From IMG/VR virus record IMGVR_UViG_3300037470_000143, positions 1 through 61,494 of that record: a stretch of 61,494 bases of DNA; one strand, 5' to 3'. The DNA is from a virus. Taxonomy: Duplodnaviria; Caudoviricetes. Below, in pieces: positions 46,040 through 55,774 of the stretch. Within the stretch, counting starts at the first letter, position 1. The number at the start of each line of letters is the position of its first letter. The notes beneath the pieces are model-generated. The model saw only the letters and a program-made list of their open reading frames with translations. It searched no databases and was not told the origin of the DNA. Made by a program: the position numbers and the translations under genes.

Positions 46040-47702
46040 TCTTCTCGCCCTCCTGCTCATCTTCTCTCGGCGAGCCGGAGGCGGCGTTCACGCTGTTGTC
46101 CTCCAACAGCACGATGTTCCGATCTTCCATCTCTTTCTGCTCGCGTTCTTTTTGGGCGAAAACCTTGCGCCAGTCTTTCCCCAGCTTAGCCAGCTCGTCC
46201 TCGTGAGTCGACAGACCATATTTGATCCTGAGAACGGCCGCCTGCGTTTCCTTCAGCTCGTCAATCTGCCCGCGCGATGCGCCGATCCAGTCAGCTTTGG
46301 AGAGCGCGTCGAACATCATGTTCTGGTGGCCGTTGGTGTAGAGGATCGCGGCTTCGGACGCCCTGAAGGTTTCCAGCCGGTCGTTGTTGATCGCCTCTTC
46401 GAGCCACAACCTAAAGACCGTGTTAGCCATCTCGTCGGCCACGGTCTTCTTCCGGCTCTGCATGAAGCGCCACGTCTGAAGCATGGCTGCCCGGGCCGAG
46501 CTGTAGGTCGTCTTGGTGAAGTCCCTCGACAGTTCTTCGTAGCTGACATTCAGGGACGCAGCGACGTACCTGAGTAGGCTCTGCTCGAAGTCCTGTCCAA
46601 CGCCCCCGGGTGTCCCTGCGGGGGTCATGTTCAGTTTCGTGCCGGGAAACAGGTGCGGAACCTTGACGCCGTCGATCCGCATGTTCTTCGCACTGCCAAC
46701 ATACTCGTTGACCGCCGACAGGTAAGCCGAAGCATACTGCTGAACCGCGTCGGAGATGTTCCCCCCGCCCATCTGCTGATAGACGACATCGCTTGGCAGC
46801 TCGCTTTCGATGGAGGCCGCGTAGGTCGCATTCACCACCGCGTTCTGAAGGGTCACGTCGCGAAACTTCCGGATGATCGCCATCTCCCTGAGACCGGCGG
46901 TGATGTCGGAAACAGCTCGGGTCTGGTCGACCCTCATCTGCTCACGGATATGGATCACCTGCTTGCGACCCCAAGGCTTGTTGAACCCGACCTGCTTGAA
47001 GTCATTCATCGGAACCGCGAACACACCAAAGTCGGTCGGATGCCGGGTCCGGATGTAGGCAGACACAGGTGCGCCGTAGGCGTCATGCCGGATGCCGCCA
47101 CGGACGCGAGGATCGTTGGCAAACTCCCACGGAGTCTGAAGCCTGTCCGCGTCTACCATCTGGATCGCAGTCGCATACTCGCGTCGGTTCTGGCTCAGCC
47201 ACTCGGCCGTGGCCAGCACTTCGCCGCCGAAGGTGTAGACCCCGACGCAGAGCCGGATCATGGCGGTCAGGTCGTTCTGTCGGGCCGCGTCCACCCACTT
47301 GTGGGGGCTCTCGGCCCAGAGCATGAACTTCTCTTCGACCTCCTGCTGGAACTTCTCGGCCCATTCGTCACTCCGGCCGAGAACATTGTTCATCGGCTTC
47401 GAATTAAGCAGATACATGTGGCCGACGACGCTGTCTTTGTGCAGCGTTCCGCCTCCCGCGATGTATGCGTCGTTCCGGGACAGATCACGCGCACGAGCGT
47501 CAAGAATACGCTTCTCCGGAATCATGTCCTTGTCGGCAGATTGGAGCGGCGGGCTCCACGTTGTCATGCTCTTCTCGAACACGGCCGCACCGTCGTAGGC
47601 CCCCGTGAAGGCCATCTCGCGATACTGGGGACCAACAAGCTCGCTGATAGAATCCGCGAGGTCCATCTGCTCCGGGGTCACGATCTGGGGCATGGTCGTC
47701 AT
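46014..47702 (-). CDS. Portal protein, lambda family
   Basis: ARARDLSRND, QTRAVS, SYEELSRD...YSSARA and IDELKE. Confidence 0.93.
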   Translation of the reverse strand: MTTMPQIVTPEQMDLADSISELVGPQYREMAFTGAYDGAAVFEKSMTTWSPPLQSADKDMIPEKRILDARARDLSRNDAYIAGGGTLHKDSVVGHMYLLNSKPMNNVLGRSDEWAEKFQQEVEEKFMLWAESPHKWVDAARQNDLTAMIRLCVGVYTFGGEVLATAEWLSQNRREYATAIQMVDADRLQTPWEFANDPRVRGGIRHDAYGAPVSAYIRTRHPTDFGVFAVPMNDFKQVGFNKPWGRKQVIHIREQMRVDQTRAVSDITAGLREMAIIRKFRDVTLQNAVVNATYAASIESELPSDVVYQQMGGGNISDAVQQYASAYLSAVNEYVGSAKNMRIDGVKVPHLFPGTKLNMTPAGTPGGVGQDFEQSLLRYVAASLNVSYEELSRDFTKTTYSSARAAMLQTWRFMQSRKKTVADEMANTVFRLWLEEAINNDRLETFRASEAAILYTNGHQNMMFDALSKADWIGASRGQIDELKETQAAVLRIKYGLSTHEDELAKLGKDWRKVFAQKEREQKEMEDRNIVLLEDNSVNAASGSPREDEQEGEKNAGSEDTE

Positions 47703-47703
47703 G

Positions 47704-47949
47704 TCACATCATCCATGGTTTCAGTGGCCCACAGACCGTTTTCTTGCCCAAGGCAATCTTCAGCTCTTCGATGTAAGCTCGGAGACGTTGTGCGTTCCCT
47801 GCGGTGAACTCGACGCGCTCCCCGTTACTCTCGACCACCACGCGAGCGTGGCCCCCGATCAAAAGCTTGTGGAGCGCAGATTCGGCTTCGGCGAGGTTCG
47901 CGGTGTAGGTGGCGGTCTCTTCTGCTGTCAGGGTCGATGTCGCCATCAA
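47704..47949 (-). CDS. Head completion protein (gpW-like)
   Basis: AESALHKLLIG...GERVEFT...LRAYIEEL. Confidence 0.85.
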   Translation of the reverse strand: MMATSTLTAEETATYTANLAEAESALHKLLIGGHARVVVESNGERVEFTAGNAQRLRAYIEELKIALGKKTVCGPLKPWMM

Positions 47950-47956
47950 TGCTGCC

Positions 47957-50086
47957 TCATGCTAAATCTGCGGCGAGGTCTGAGAGCGACCTTTTTCCTG
48001 CCTCCGCTGTGAAAGGTTTATCGGATATTTTTGGATCGAAAACAAGATCGTTCCTGTCCCACTGGTCCGCCCAGCCGGGGGGGTCCTCAAAATTGATGTG
48101 TTCCAAGCCAATGCTCGGTGTCAGCGTCCCTGCAATACAGTAGGCCAGAAGGTCCCAGCTTTCATTCCGGAAGTTATTGGGATTTTCCCAGATGTTCTTC
48201 ACGGGATTCTTAACCTCTACCGTCAGCTCAATGAAGAAATTGTCATCCAACCAGTCGGGGAATTCGATCTGTCCACCGGGGTCGGTCCGGTTAAGCATGT
48301 TGTCGAGCGTGTCCTTAATGAGATTTGTGTTCATGAACAGCACGGGGATTTCCCCACGGGCTCCGGCGGTCCGGTCTTTCCGTTGACTGTCGGGGAAACC
48401 GAGCTTCACCCGGGGGTGTTCCTTTGTCGACGCCCCTTTCAGCAGGGTGAACTTCCCTGCCAGACCCGGCTGCCACTCGTATTCGCCTTCTTCCGCGCCT
48501 TCGTCCTGTTCCTCGGGATCGCCCCAACGCAACCAGCGATAGAAGTTATAAGCGTTGGCCGTCACGCCCGCCCGGCCCCCAGAGTCCGCAAAGGTATGCT
48601 TGACGGCCATCTGACGTCCAGAGCCATCCCCCAGATCGTAGGTCTTCACGATGACCTCTTCAACTAGTAGCTTCCAGTCCTCGGCATACGCCCCGGGGTT
48701 GACCCATGACATGCCGCCCGCGACCTTGTCCTCCCTCTTCGACTTCTGGATATCGAAACGGTCGATCACGACGATATCCCGAGTGCGCGTGATCCCGTGG
48801 ACCTGCACGACGAAACGGTGCTTTTGGATATCCACCGTGGCGATCAGGAACCTGACGTTCGACGGAACGGTCTTGTGGCCCCGATTCTTGGCCCTCGCCT
48901 TCAGCGCCTCCGGCACCCGATCCGACGACAGGCCCTTCGGGACGTATGCTTCGCCCTGATCGGTGTTGACGGTGGCCTTCAGTGACTCTTCGTTCTTCGT
49001 TCGGTCATATTCCCTGAGCGCTGACAGGTAGTTGAATACCAAAGTCTTCCAGTCAGAGAAAGCAGCCGCCACCCCTTTGATCCAGAAACTGGCTATGGAC
49101 GAGCGCGGTGGGGACCCGTGGATATTGCCGTCTTTGTCGATGGTGCAGTAGTCCGGAACCCACATGCCTGTCTGGTTGAGCATGTGCTTGCCCGGGCGGC
49201 CATCTCTTGGATCGTGGTTGTATTGCGCAGCACAATGGGGGCATTCGAGGTAGACACTCTCGGCCGCTTCCATGAGGTCTTCGCTCTCTGTCCAGCGGAG
49301 CAGATCGAACGCAGGCTCGAACCAGTCGTAGCAGTCGACACACTGCCAATACCAGCGCCTTCGGTCGCCTTGGTTGTAGATCGCGAGGATGCCCTGAGTC
49401 GGGGGTGCCTCATGCCGGGACCCCCTCACCCACTTCGGATTGTCGACGGTGAAGCCGGGGCTGCTCTCGGCCGCGCACATGCCGTTTGATCGGAAGGTGG
49501 TAGCCCGTTTCCGTGACAGGAAGAATGGCGATCCCTCGCCGTCCACGTCCTGTTGCATCCGGTCATAATCCGTCAGCCATAGGCGCGGAATCGGCTTGCC
49601 TGAAAGTTCGTTGATTGTCGGCCAGCTGAGGGTCAACAGCATTCCGGATCGGTAAGTCTTGTCGAACGTGTTGTTGGCCTGCTTGGTGTTCAGCAGGCGC
49701 TCCCCGATCCGGGGGCTGTGCCGGTGAAGCCTGTCGATCCGGCGCATCGAGAAGTCGCGGGCCGTGGTCTGCGAGGTCTGGATCAACATCATGTCAGCCG
49801 GATCACAAATCGCGCTGTATCCCAGCCAGTTCGGGAACATGTCGGTTTTGCCACACTGAGCGGGGCCGGCGAAGACCATCCCAGTGAACCGCCAACTGGT
49901 CAGGACGTTCATCGGTTCGACCAGATAGGGCGTGGTCGAGTTCTTCCACGGGCCGACGTACGCCCCGGGGTTGTTGATGTAGCGGTATTCCTCGGCCGCC
50001 TCCGAGACCGTCATACGCTTGGCAGGACGGATGGCCTCGGCCGCGTCGGCGATCATGGCCTCTAAAGAGCCGAAAGGCATCGACAT
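47957..50086 (-). CDS. terL: Terminase large subunit (GpA family)
   Basis: GPW.NSTTPYL.EPM, AQCGKT, GDRRRWYWQC, TVDIQ and NESWDL. Confidence 0.93.
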   Translation of the reverse strand: MSMPFGSLEAMIADAAEAIRPAKRMTVSEAAEEYRYINNPGAYVGPWKNSTTPYLVEPMNVLTSWRFTGMVFAGPAQCGKTDMFPNWLGYSAICDPADMMLIQTSQTTARDFSMRRIDRLHRHSPRIGERLLNTKQANNTFDKTYRSGMLLTLSWPTINELSGKPIPRLWLTDYDRMQQDVDGEGSPFFLSRKRATTFRSNGMCAAESSPGFTVDNPKWVRGSRHEAPPTQGILAIYNQGDRRRWYWQCVDCYDWFEPAFDLLRWTESEDLMEAAESVYLECPHCAAQYNHDPRDGRPGKHMLNQTGMWVPDYCTIDKDGNIHGSPPRSSIASFWIKGVAAAFSDWKTLVFNYLSALREYDRTKNEESLKATVNTDQGEAYVPKGLSSDRVPEALKARAKNRGHKTVPSNVRFLIATVDIQKHRFVVQVHGITRTRDIVVIDRFDIQKSKREDKVAGGMSWVNPGAYAEDWKLLVEEVIVKTYDLGDGSGRQMAVKHTFADSGGRAGVTANAYNFYRWLRWGDPEEQDEGAEEGEYEWQPGLAGKFTLLKGASTKEHPRVKLGFPDSQRKDRTAGARGEIPVLFMNTNLIKDTLDNMLNRTDPGGQIEFPDWLDDNFFIELTVEVKNPVKNIWENPNNFRNESWDLLAYCIAGTLTPSIGLEHINFEDPPGWADQWDRNDLVFDPKISDKPFTAEAGKRSLSDLAADLA

Positions 50087-50799
50087 TACAGCAGCTCCAT
50101 CGCTTCGTCGTCCAGCTCATCTGGGTCCTCGTCTGGGTCCTCGTCGGCCAACAGTGGGATGCGCATGTTATCGGGGATTTCGTCGATCTGAGAGCCTGTG
50201 GAATTTTCCTTGGCCTGCCTGACCATAGCGTCGAACAGCTCCTGCTGCATCCCGTCGACCATCTCCTGAAGCAGCTCGCGCTGCTCATCGCTGAGCCCGG
50301 TCAGACGCTCGATGGTTTCCGGCCATAGCTGCATGGTGAACTTGAGGTTCTGGAAAGTCCGTGACAGGACTTCCCAGACCTTCTCGGTTCGCCAGAGGTC
50401 CCCGGCGTTTTCCTCGAACTTCTGTTTCTTCAGCAGGGCGTCCCAGTAGGCCGTCGAGATCGCCGGTGGCAGGTCCTCGCGCTTCAGGCGGGAGATCAGC
50501 ATCTTGGCGTCGATCTCGGTCTCGACGAGGAACTTGGCGGCCGTCGCGAGGTCGTAGAGATGCTGCACCTGTGTCGTGCCCCGGCGGCGCGATTCGTGGA
50601 TAGGGCAGTTCACCAATCGCCTCTTCACGGCCGCGTTGTCCATCCGGAAGACCTGCGCAAGAAAACTGACCGTAACGCCCTGTAGCGCACTGTCCGCGAG
50701 CCCGTTCATCGAAAGCTGGGTGGAGGACCCCTCGCGTTTCTCGCGGACGTGGGCTGCTAACCTATCCCCCGGACCTAGTTCTCGCTCCTGCTTCGTCAT
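50086..50799 (-). CDS. terS: Terminase small subunit (DUF1441-like)
   Basis: Directly upstream of terL; N-terminal wHTH; AYWDA...FEENAGDLWRT. Confidence 0.8.
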   Translation of the reverse strand: MTKQERELGPGDRLAAHVREKREGSSTQLSMNGLADSALQGVTVSFLAQVFRMDNAAVKRRLVNCPIHESRRRGTTQVQHLYDLATAAKFLVETEIDAKMLISRLKREDLPPAISTAYWDALLKKQKFEENAGDLWRTEKVWEVLSRTFQNLKFTMQLWPETIERLTGLSDEQRELLQEMVDGMQQELFDAMVRQAKENSTGSQIDEIPDNMRIPLLADEDPDEDPDELDDEAMELL

Positions 50800-52334
50800 G
50801 CTGCCATCTTCTCCAAACGGACCCTGACGGTATCCGTGATGCTGTCCTGTGTCGCCCCCTTGGTTTGCAGAGCGCGGAGAACGTCAAAGTCCGCCGTCCC
50901 TTGCGCCAAAATCCGGTAGAGAAAGACCCTGCTCTCGGTCTGCCCCGGCCGCCACAGGCGCTTGATGAACTGAAGGTATAGTTCGAGGCTCCATGTGAGA
51001 CCATACCAGACCGCGATGTTGCTTCCCTTCTGGAAGTTAAGCCCGTGGCCCGCACTGGCTGGGTGCATCAACATCATCGGGATACGCCCGGCGTTCCAGT
51101 GCCTCTTGTCGTTCTCCCCCTCTCCGAAGACCCGCGCCTGCGGGAACCGCTTCAATATCGCATCCTTGTCGAACTTGAAGGAATAGGCAACCAGCAGTGG
51201 CTTGCCTCCTGATTCTTCCACGATGGATTCCAGAGCATCAAGCTTCTTGGTATGGACCGGGTGATCGACCCCGTCCTCTCCGTAGAGGCTCCCGTTGGCG
51301 TATTGCAGGAGCTTGCCGACGAGAACGCCGCCGTTGACGGCCTCGATCCATTCAGGGTCTCCCCAGCGGCCCATGACCTCTAATGCGCTCTCGCGTTCCA
51401 GTTCGCGATACTGAGACCGCTCTCGGGGGTTGAGCGTCACTTTGCGGTCAACGTGAATCAGCGGTGGGAGGTCAAGATAATCCTCGGATCGGAGGCTATA
51501 GAAGACCCCTTTCAGCGCCCGGGTTATGTCTTCCAATGCGCCCTCTCTGGGCTCGACCTTGTTGGTGTACTTGTCCTCGATAAACCAGCGCCGCTTGTAA
51601 GCTGTCATCGAATTGCCCAGACGCTTCCCTCGGTCGATAGCGTAGACCGGACCATAAAGGTCGATCAGCCCGTTCGGGGCCGGGGTGCCGCTCAGCTCGA
51701 CGAGCTTCTTAGTCTTGAACCTGACCGCATCAAGAACACCCAGCTCCGACAGACGAGGCTTTGATTCTGTGCCGTCCTTGCGCTGGTTCTTCCGCGTTCT
51801 GGTCATGCCCCTCTTCAACCGGGACGCCTCGTCATAGACGATGAAATCGAAGCACCACCGCTTCAGGCCGAGCTTGCGCAGAAGCCACCGCAGGTTCTCC
51901 CGGTTGACGATGGTCAGGTCTCCGGGGCCGAGCTTCAGCGCAGCGATCCTCTCGGGCTCTGTGCCGGTCACAACGCGGTAACGGAGGTCCCGGGCGAAAG
52001 CCCACTTGGCGATTTCTTCCGTCCAAGTCTCTTCCGCGACGTAGAGCGGAGCGACGATGAGGCCGTGCTTCACCCTTCCTTCTCTCAGGAGGCGAACAAA
52101 GGCGTGAAGAACCGACCCGGTTTTGCCAAGGCCCATATCAGCCCCGAGATACACCCCGGCTTCTTCGAGGACTTCGTCGATATCTAGATGGACCCCCGAG
52201 CCGCAGATCAGGTCGGACATCCAGTTCTGGTAGCGCCGCATGTCCTCTTCAAAGAGCATGTCGTCGGGGGGACCCCAAATCAGCTCTTCGGCTTCGAGGT
52301 CATTCAGATGTTTCGGAAGGACGAGCTTAGCCAT
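50796..52334 (-). CDS. SNF2-family helicase
   Basis: DMGLGKT, DEAS, LSGTPAPNG, SAGHGLNFQ and RLWRPGQ. Confidence 0.92.
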   Translation of the reverse strand: MAKLVLPKHLNDLEAEELIWGPPDDMLFEEDMRRYQNWMSDLICGSGVHLDIDEVLEEAGVYLGADMGLGKTGSVLHAFVRLLREGRVKHGLIVAPLYVAEETWTEEIAKWAFARDLRYRVVTGTEPERIAALKLGPGDLTIVNRENLRWLLRKLGLKRWCFDFIVYDEASRLKRGMTRTRKNQRKDGTESKPRLSELGVLDAVRFKTKKLVELSGTPAPNGLIDLYGPVYAIDRGKRLGNSMTAYKRRWFIEDKYTNKVEPREGALEDITRALKGVFYSLRSEDYLDLPPLIHVDRKVTLNPRERSQYRELERESALEVMGRWGDPEWIEAVNGGVLVGKLLQYANGSLYGEDGVDHPVHTKKLDALESIVEESGGKPLLVAYSFKFDKDAILKRFPQARVFGEGENDKRHWNAGRIPMMLMHPASAGHGLNFQKGSNIAVWYGLTWSLELYLQFIKRLWRPGQTESRVFLYRILAQGTADFDVLRALQTKGATQDSITDTVRVRLEKMAA

Positions 52335-52602
52335 GTATCAGCCACAGAACGCGCATCGCGTCTTCGACGCTGTCGCAAACATGTACCTCCATACCTGCGT
52401 CTCTCATCCGCTGGTGTTCCCTGATTTGTAGCCGTGTCGCGGTCTCACCCTCATCTTTGAACTCGATCCACACAGTGCCCCGATCAGACCGTGAAAAAAC
52501 ACGGTCAGGCGCGCTTCTCCGGCCCAGCCAAGAGACTTTGCGAACAAAATATCCAGCGGCCTCTGCCCGGGTCACAACAGGGTTTTCTATCGCGCTTTCC
52601 AC
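52327..52602 (-). CDS. VRR-NUC nuclease
   Basis: ESAIE...APDR...WIEFK...Q. Confidence 0.88.
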   Translation of the reverse strand: MESAIENPVVTRAEAAGYFVRKVSWLGRRSAPDRVFSRSDRGTVWIEFKDEGETATRLQIREHQRMRDAGMEVHVCDSVEDAMRVLWLIHG

Positions 52603-52605
52603 AGA

Positions 52606-54771
52606 CTAGTCCTTTTTGAATACCTTCGACGTAAAGCCTGCTGATCCCAGAGGCAGACCGGTGGCCCAGTCTGGCGATTCTTCCATGCAGGCGTTCATGA
52701 TTTCAAGAGCCTCGCTGGCTTGATCTTCGCGCACGAGGGCAAGGTTCTGGTCGTGGACGTGAAGCCGGATGTCGAGCTTGTGTTTCCAGCGAGCAAGGCG
52801 CATCCCGTGAACCAGAAGATCACGGGCGATGGCTTGGTCCGCGTTCTCCGTGATCTTCCCCGGGTGGGTCGACATCCGGACCCATTGCTTCTTGTCGTCA
52901 ACCCCCTCGTAGGTCAGGGAATCCTTGAAGGCTGGCTTACCATCGTCGGTGGTCCACGGCATCTTCACCGGCTGGATGCGGGGCTTGAAGTAGTGCAGGT
53001 AACGTCCGCTAGGGAGCTTCATACGAAGAAACTCGCCGCCGACCCTCATCACTTGGCCGTCGATAGTGATGTCTTTCGAGCCGTTGACCATGTCAAACAT
53101 GACATGGCCGCAGCTGGTGGCCCGACGTTCCTTGACGCAGGTTACAGCGGCTCGCTCGATGGCATACCAGTAGTTCTTGACCTCTTTGAACTCGCGTCGG
53201 AAGGTCTTCACCGAGAGGTCCGATTGCTCTGGGGTGAAGTGCCTGACCCCCATGTTCCACGCATAGCCGAGAAGGCCCGTCGCCTCGATCTCACCGGTCT
53301 GTCGATTCTCATACTTCTTGCCCGGTCCTAGCATGTAGCCGCACCCGAGAACGCCCGGCTTGGCGATGGTGCGCTTGGCGCTGTTACCCAGCTGGTATTC
53401 ATCCCAGAGATCGTCGTAGGGCTCGTCGTAGAGGTAGGTGGCAAAGTCGATATAGGGGTCACGGCCCAACTCGAAGACCCGCAGGATTTTGGGGCAGTTC
53501 GAAAGCCACCCAAGGACGCGGTTCTCGATGGCGTTCAGGTCGGCATCGACGAACAGGTAGCCCTCCGGAGCCTGTGCTGCCGGGCGGATGCAACTCGCCA
53601 GAAGATCGAAGGTGTTGTCGTAGATCAGCTCGATCCCTTCAAGGTCCAGCCGAGCGATGTTGGCCGCGTGTATTTCGATCTCTTTCTCGAACCTCTTCTC
53701 GGGCCGGGGCAGGTTCTGTGGCTGAAAGGTCCTCCCGGCCCAACGTCCGGTGCGCGAGGCTCCCATAAATTGGAGAACATTCCTCAGGTTTCCGTCGGGA
53801 CTGGTCGCTTTTTGTAAGGCGGCGAATTTCTTGATGCTGGTGCGGCTCAGTTCCAGCCGCAACGAGAGGACGTCCTTCAGGTCATTATTCGAGCGATAGA
53901 ACTCCCAGAAGTCCGTGTCCCAGTGATCCGGACAATCGTTGAAATAGTCAAACGCTTGCCGGATGTGGCCCTTCTTGCAGTCCTCGAACATATACCCGTT
54001 GGTGTTCAACCACGGCAAAAGCTGCTGGGTGGACATAGGGTTGGCAAGACCCGTCAATTCCTTCAAATCCCTGACGCCGTTGGCGAAAGCCTCGTCATAT
54101 ATACGGACCGCGTTATTCACCATGCCCATGTTGATCGGGAGACCAGCCTGATTGATCTGCTGATCCAGTATCCAATTTTCCCATTCCCACTGGGGGAGAT
54201 CGTGAGAAATCAGTATTTCCCTGATCTGGCTTTCGGCTTCAACGTCGTCTCGATTATACAGGAGATACCCCTGCCAATCGGCCATATCCTGCCACCAGTA
54301 GGTGCGTTCCCTCTCGCCGTAGTTGGCCTTCTTACGACTGGTCTTCATCATCGAAAATTTGCGCATAAGGCGCTTGCCGTCGGGGTTTTTGCACAGTTGG
54401 GTCGGGAGCCCGACAGCTGGACCAGCCTTTTCCAGCTGCCCGGGAAAGCCGCAATAGTGACCGAGGACCATCGTGTCGCGCCACTGACGTAGGTCGACCT
54501 TCTTCTTCCACACGTTCTTGGTGATGGTCATCTCGAAGGCCGCGTTCCAAGCCCACTTCTCGACCTCCGGGTCGACCATGGCCTCGGCCAATTCCGCCGG
54601 ACATTCCTCACCCTCGGCCGGGACCCATTGCTTCTTAGGGCCCATGTTGATCCGGTAGGCGCACATCAGAATCTCTGTCGACGGGTGGATCGAGTAATTG
54701 TGCGATCCGACGTCAGACAGGTCGGCCTCCGAGAAAGTCTCGTAGTCCAGATTCATAATGTCCTTGGGCAT
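52606..54771 (-). CDS. Family A DNA polymerase with 3'-5' exonuclease
   Basis: LDYETFS, RTGRWAG, DLNAIENR, RTIAKPGVLGCGY, ENADQAIARD and HVHDQ. Confidence 0.93.
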   Translation of the reverse strand: MPKDIMNLDYETFSEADLSDVGSHNYSIHPSTEILMCAYRINMGPKKQWVPAEGEECPAELAEAMVDPEVEKWAWNAAFEMTITKNVWKKKVDLRQWRDTMVLGHYCGFPGQLEKAGPAVGLPTQLCKNPDGKRLMRKFSMMKTSRKKANYGERERTYWWQDMADWQGYLLYNRDDVEAESQIREILISHDLPQWEWENWILDQQINQAGLPINMGMVNNAVRIYDEAFANGVRDLKELTGLANPMSTQQLLPWLNTNGYMFEDCKKGHIRQAFDYFNDCPDHWDTDFWEFYRSNNDLKDVLSLRLELSRTSIKKFAALQKATSPDGNLRNVLQFMGASRTGRWAGRTFQPQNLPRPEKRFEKEIEIHAANIARLDLEGIELIYDNTFDLLASCIRPAAQAPEGYLFVDADLNAIENRVLGWLSNCPKILRVFELGRDPYIDFATYLYDEPYDDLWDEYQLGNSAKRTIAKPGVLGCGYMLGPGKKYENRQTGEIEATGLLGYAWNMGVRHFTPEQSDLSVKTFRREFKEVKNYWYAIERAAVTCVKERRATSCGHVMFDMVNGSKDITIDGQVMRVGGEFLRMKLPSGRYLHYFKPRIQPVKMPWTTDDGKPAFKDSLTYEGVDDKKQWVRMSTHPGKITENADQAIARDLLVHGMRLARWKHKLDIRLHVHDQNLALVREDQASEALEIMNACMEESPDWATGLPLGSAGFTSKVFKKD

Positions 54772-55046
54772 CAGCGGTAGACCCTCACGCGCTCTTCTGC
54801 GTCGAAGGTAGCGCAGCGGCCGCTGGCCTGCGTGACGGTCACAAGGCCGTCTGACCGGGCCCAGCCGACGACCTCCGCGCGGCCCCAGTCATAGGGCCAC
54901 TCTATCACGTCGCTTGGATTGAGGTTTTTGGCCTTGATGGCCACGGCCCGGAGGCGAACCTCCGCATTTACACGAGTCTCTGTTTCAAGAGCGGATATAG
55001 CCGCCTGAAGATTGGATATACCTAGTCGGACTGCTTCGATAGACAT
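54771..55046 (-). CDS. Hypothetical protein
   Basis: GAGG RBS; TGATG coupling to the polymerase gene. Confidence 0.65.
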   Translation of the reverse strand: MSIEAVRLGISNLQAAISALETETRVNAEVRLRAVAIKAKNLNPSDVIEWPYDWGRAEVVGWARSDGLVTVTQASGRCATFDAEERVRVYR

Positions 55047-55105
55047 GACTGCCTCTTGGTCAGGAGAGGGAAGTGGGGCCCAGTTTCCCGGGCCCCAGAC
55101 GAAAA

Positions 55106-55759
55106 TCAGATCAGGCTGTCGTCGCCGCCGTAGTCGTCGTCCATCTCGCCCTCGTAGCTGACATCATCGTCGTCGAGATAGTCCTCGGCCTTAACCGGGG
55201 CCGCGCCGCTGAACGCTTCGCCATCCCGGCGGAATTGGACAACATCGAACGCGCAGTTGATGCGCTTTCCGTGCTTGTTGTCCTGCGCCCAAACCCGAGC
55301 GACGACATTGACATATGCCCCAGAATACGGGGCCCCCTTCTGACCCGGGTGAGCCTCGATCCACTTTCCGTCGTCATCCTTCCTGTTGGTCAGGACCTGC
55401 GGGGGTCGATCCTCTGGCGAATTGCAGGACAGAAAATATTGGCCCTTGTACTCGGGGCGCTTGTCGCTGTCGACGTGGTCCGCGTTGTCCCCGTCGCGCA
55501 GACAGACCTTGTGCGACGGGATTTTTGGCCATTTCTCCGGATCGCTTCCCCACTTTTCGCGCTTCGCTGCATTACTGGCGCGCTTCAAGGCCGCGAGGTT
55601 TTTCTTGGTGTCCTCGGTTCCTTTCTCCATGAGAAAGTTTCCGTTGTAAGTGAGACGCAAGGTCCCGTCGTCGTTCTTCTGCTCCTGCGGTTTGAAGGCA
55701 TGGAGGAAAGAAGCTCGGACATTTCTAATCGTCACGCGCTGTTCGTCAGATTCAGCCAT
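55106..55759 (-). CDS. Phage ssDNA-binding protein (DUF2815)
   Basis: NVRASFLH.F.P, CLRDGD, YSGAYVN and VQFRRDGEAF; acidic tail. Confidence 0.88.
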   Translation of the reverse strand: MAESDEQRVTIRNVRASFLHAFKPQEQKNDDGTLRLTYNGNFLMEKGTEDTKKNLAALKRASNAAKREKWGSDPEKWPKIPSHKVCLRDGDNADHVDSDKRPEYKGQYFLSCNSPEDRPPQVLTNRKDDDGKWIEAHPGQKGAPYSGAYVNVVARVWAQDNKHGKRINCAFDVVQFRRDGEAFSGAAPVKAEDYLDDDDVSYEGEMDDDYGGDDSLI

Positions 55760-55774
55760 CTTCAGGTTCTCCTA

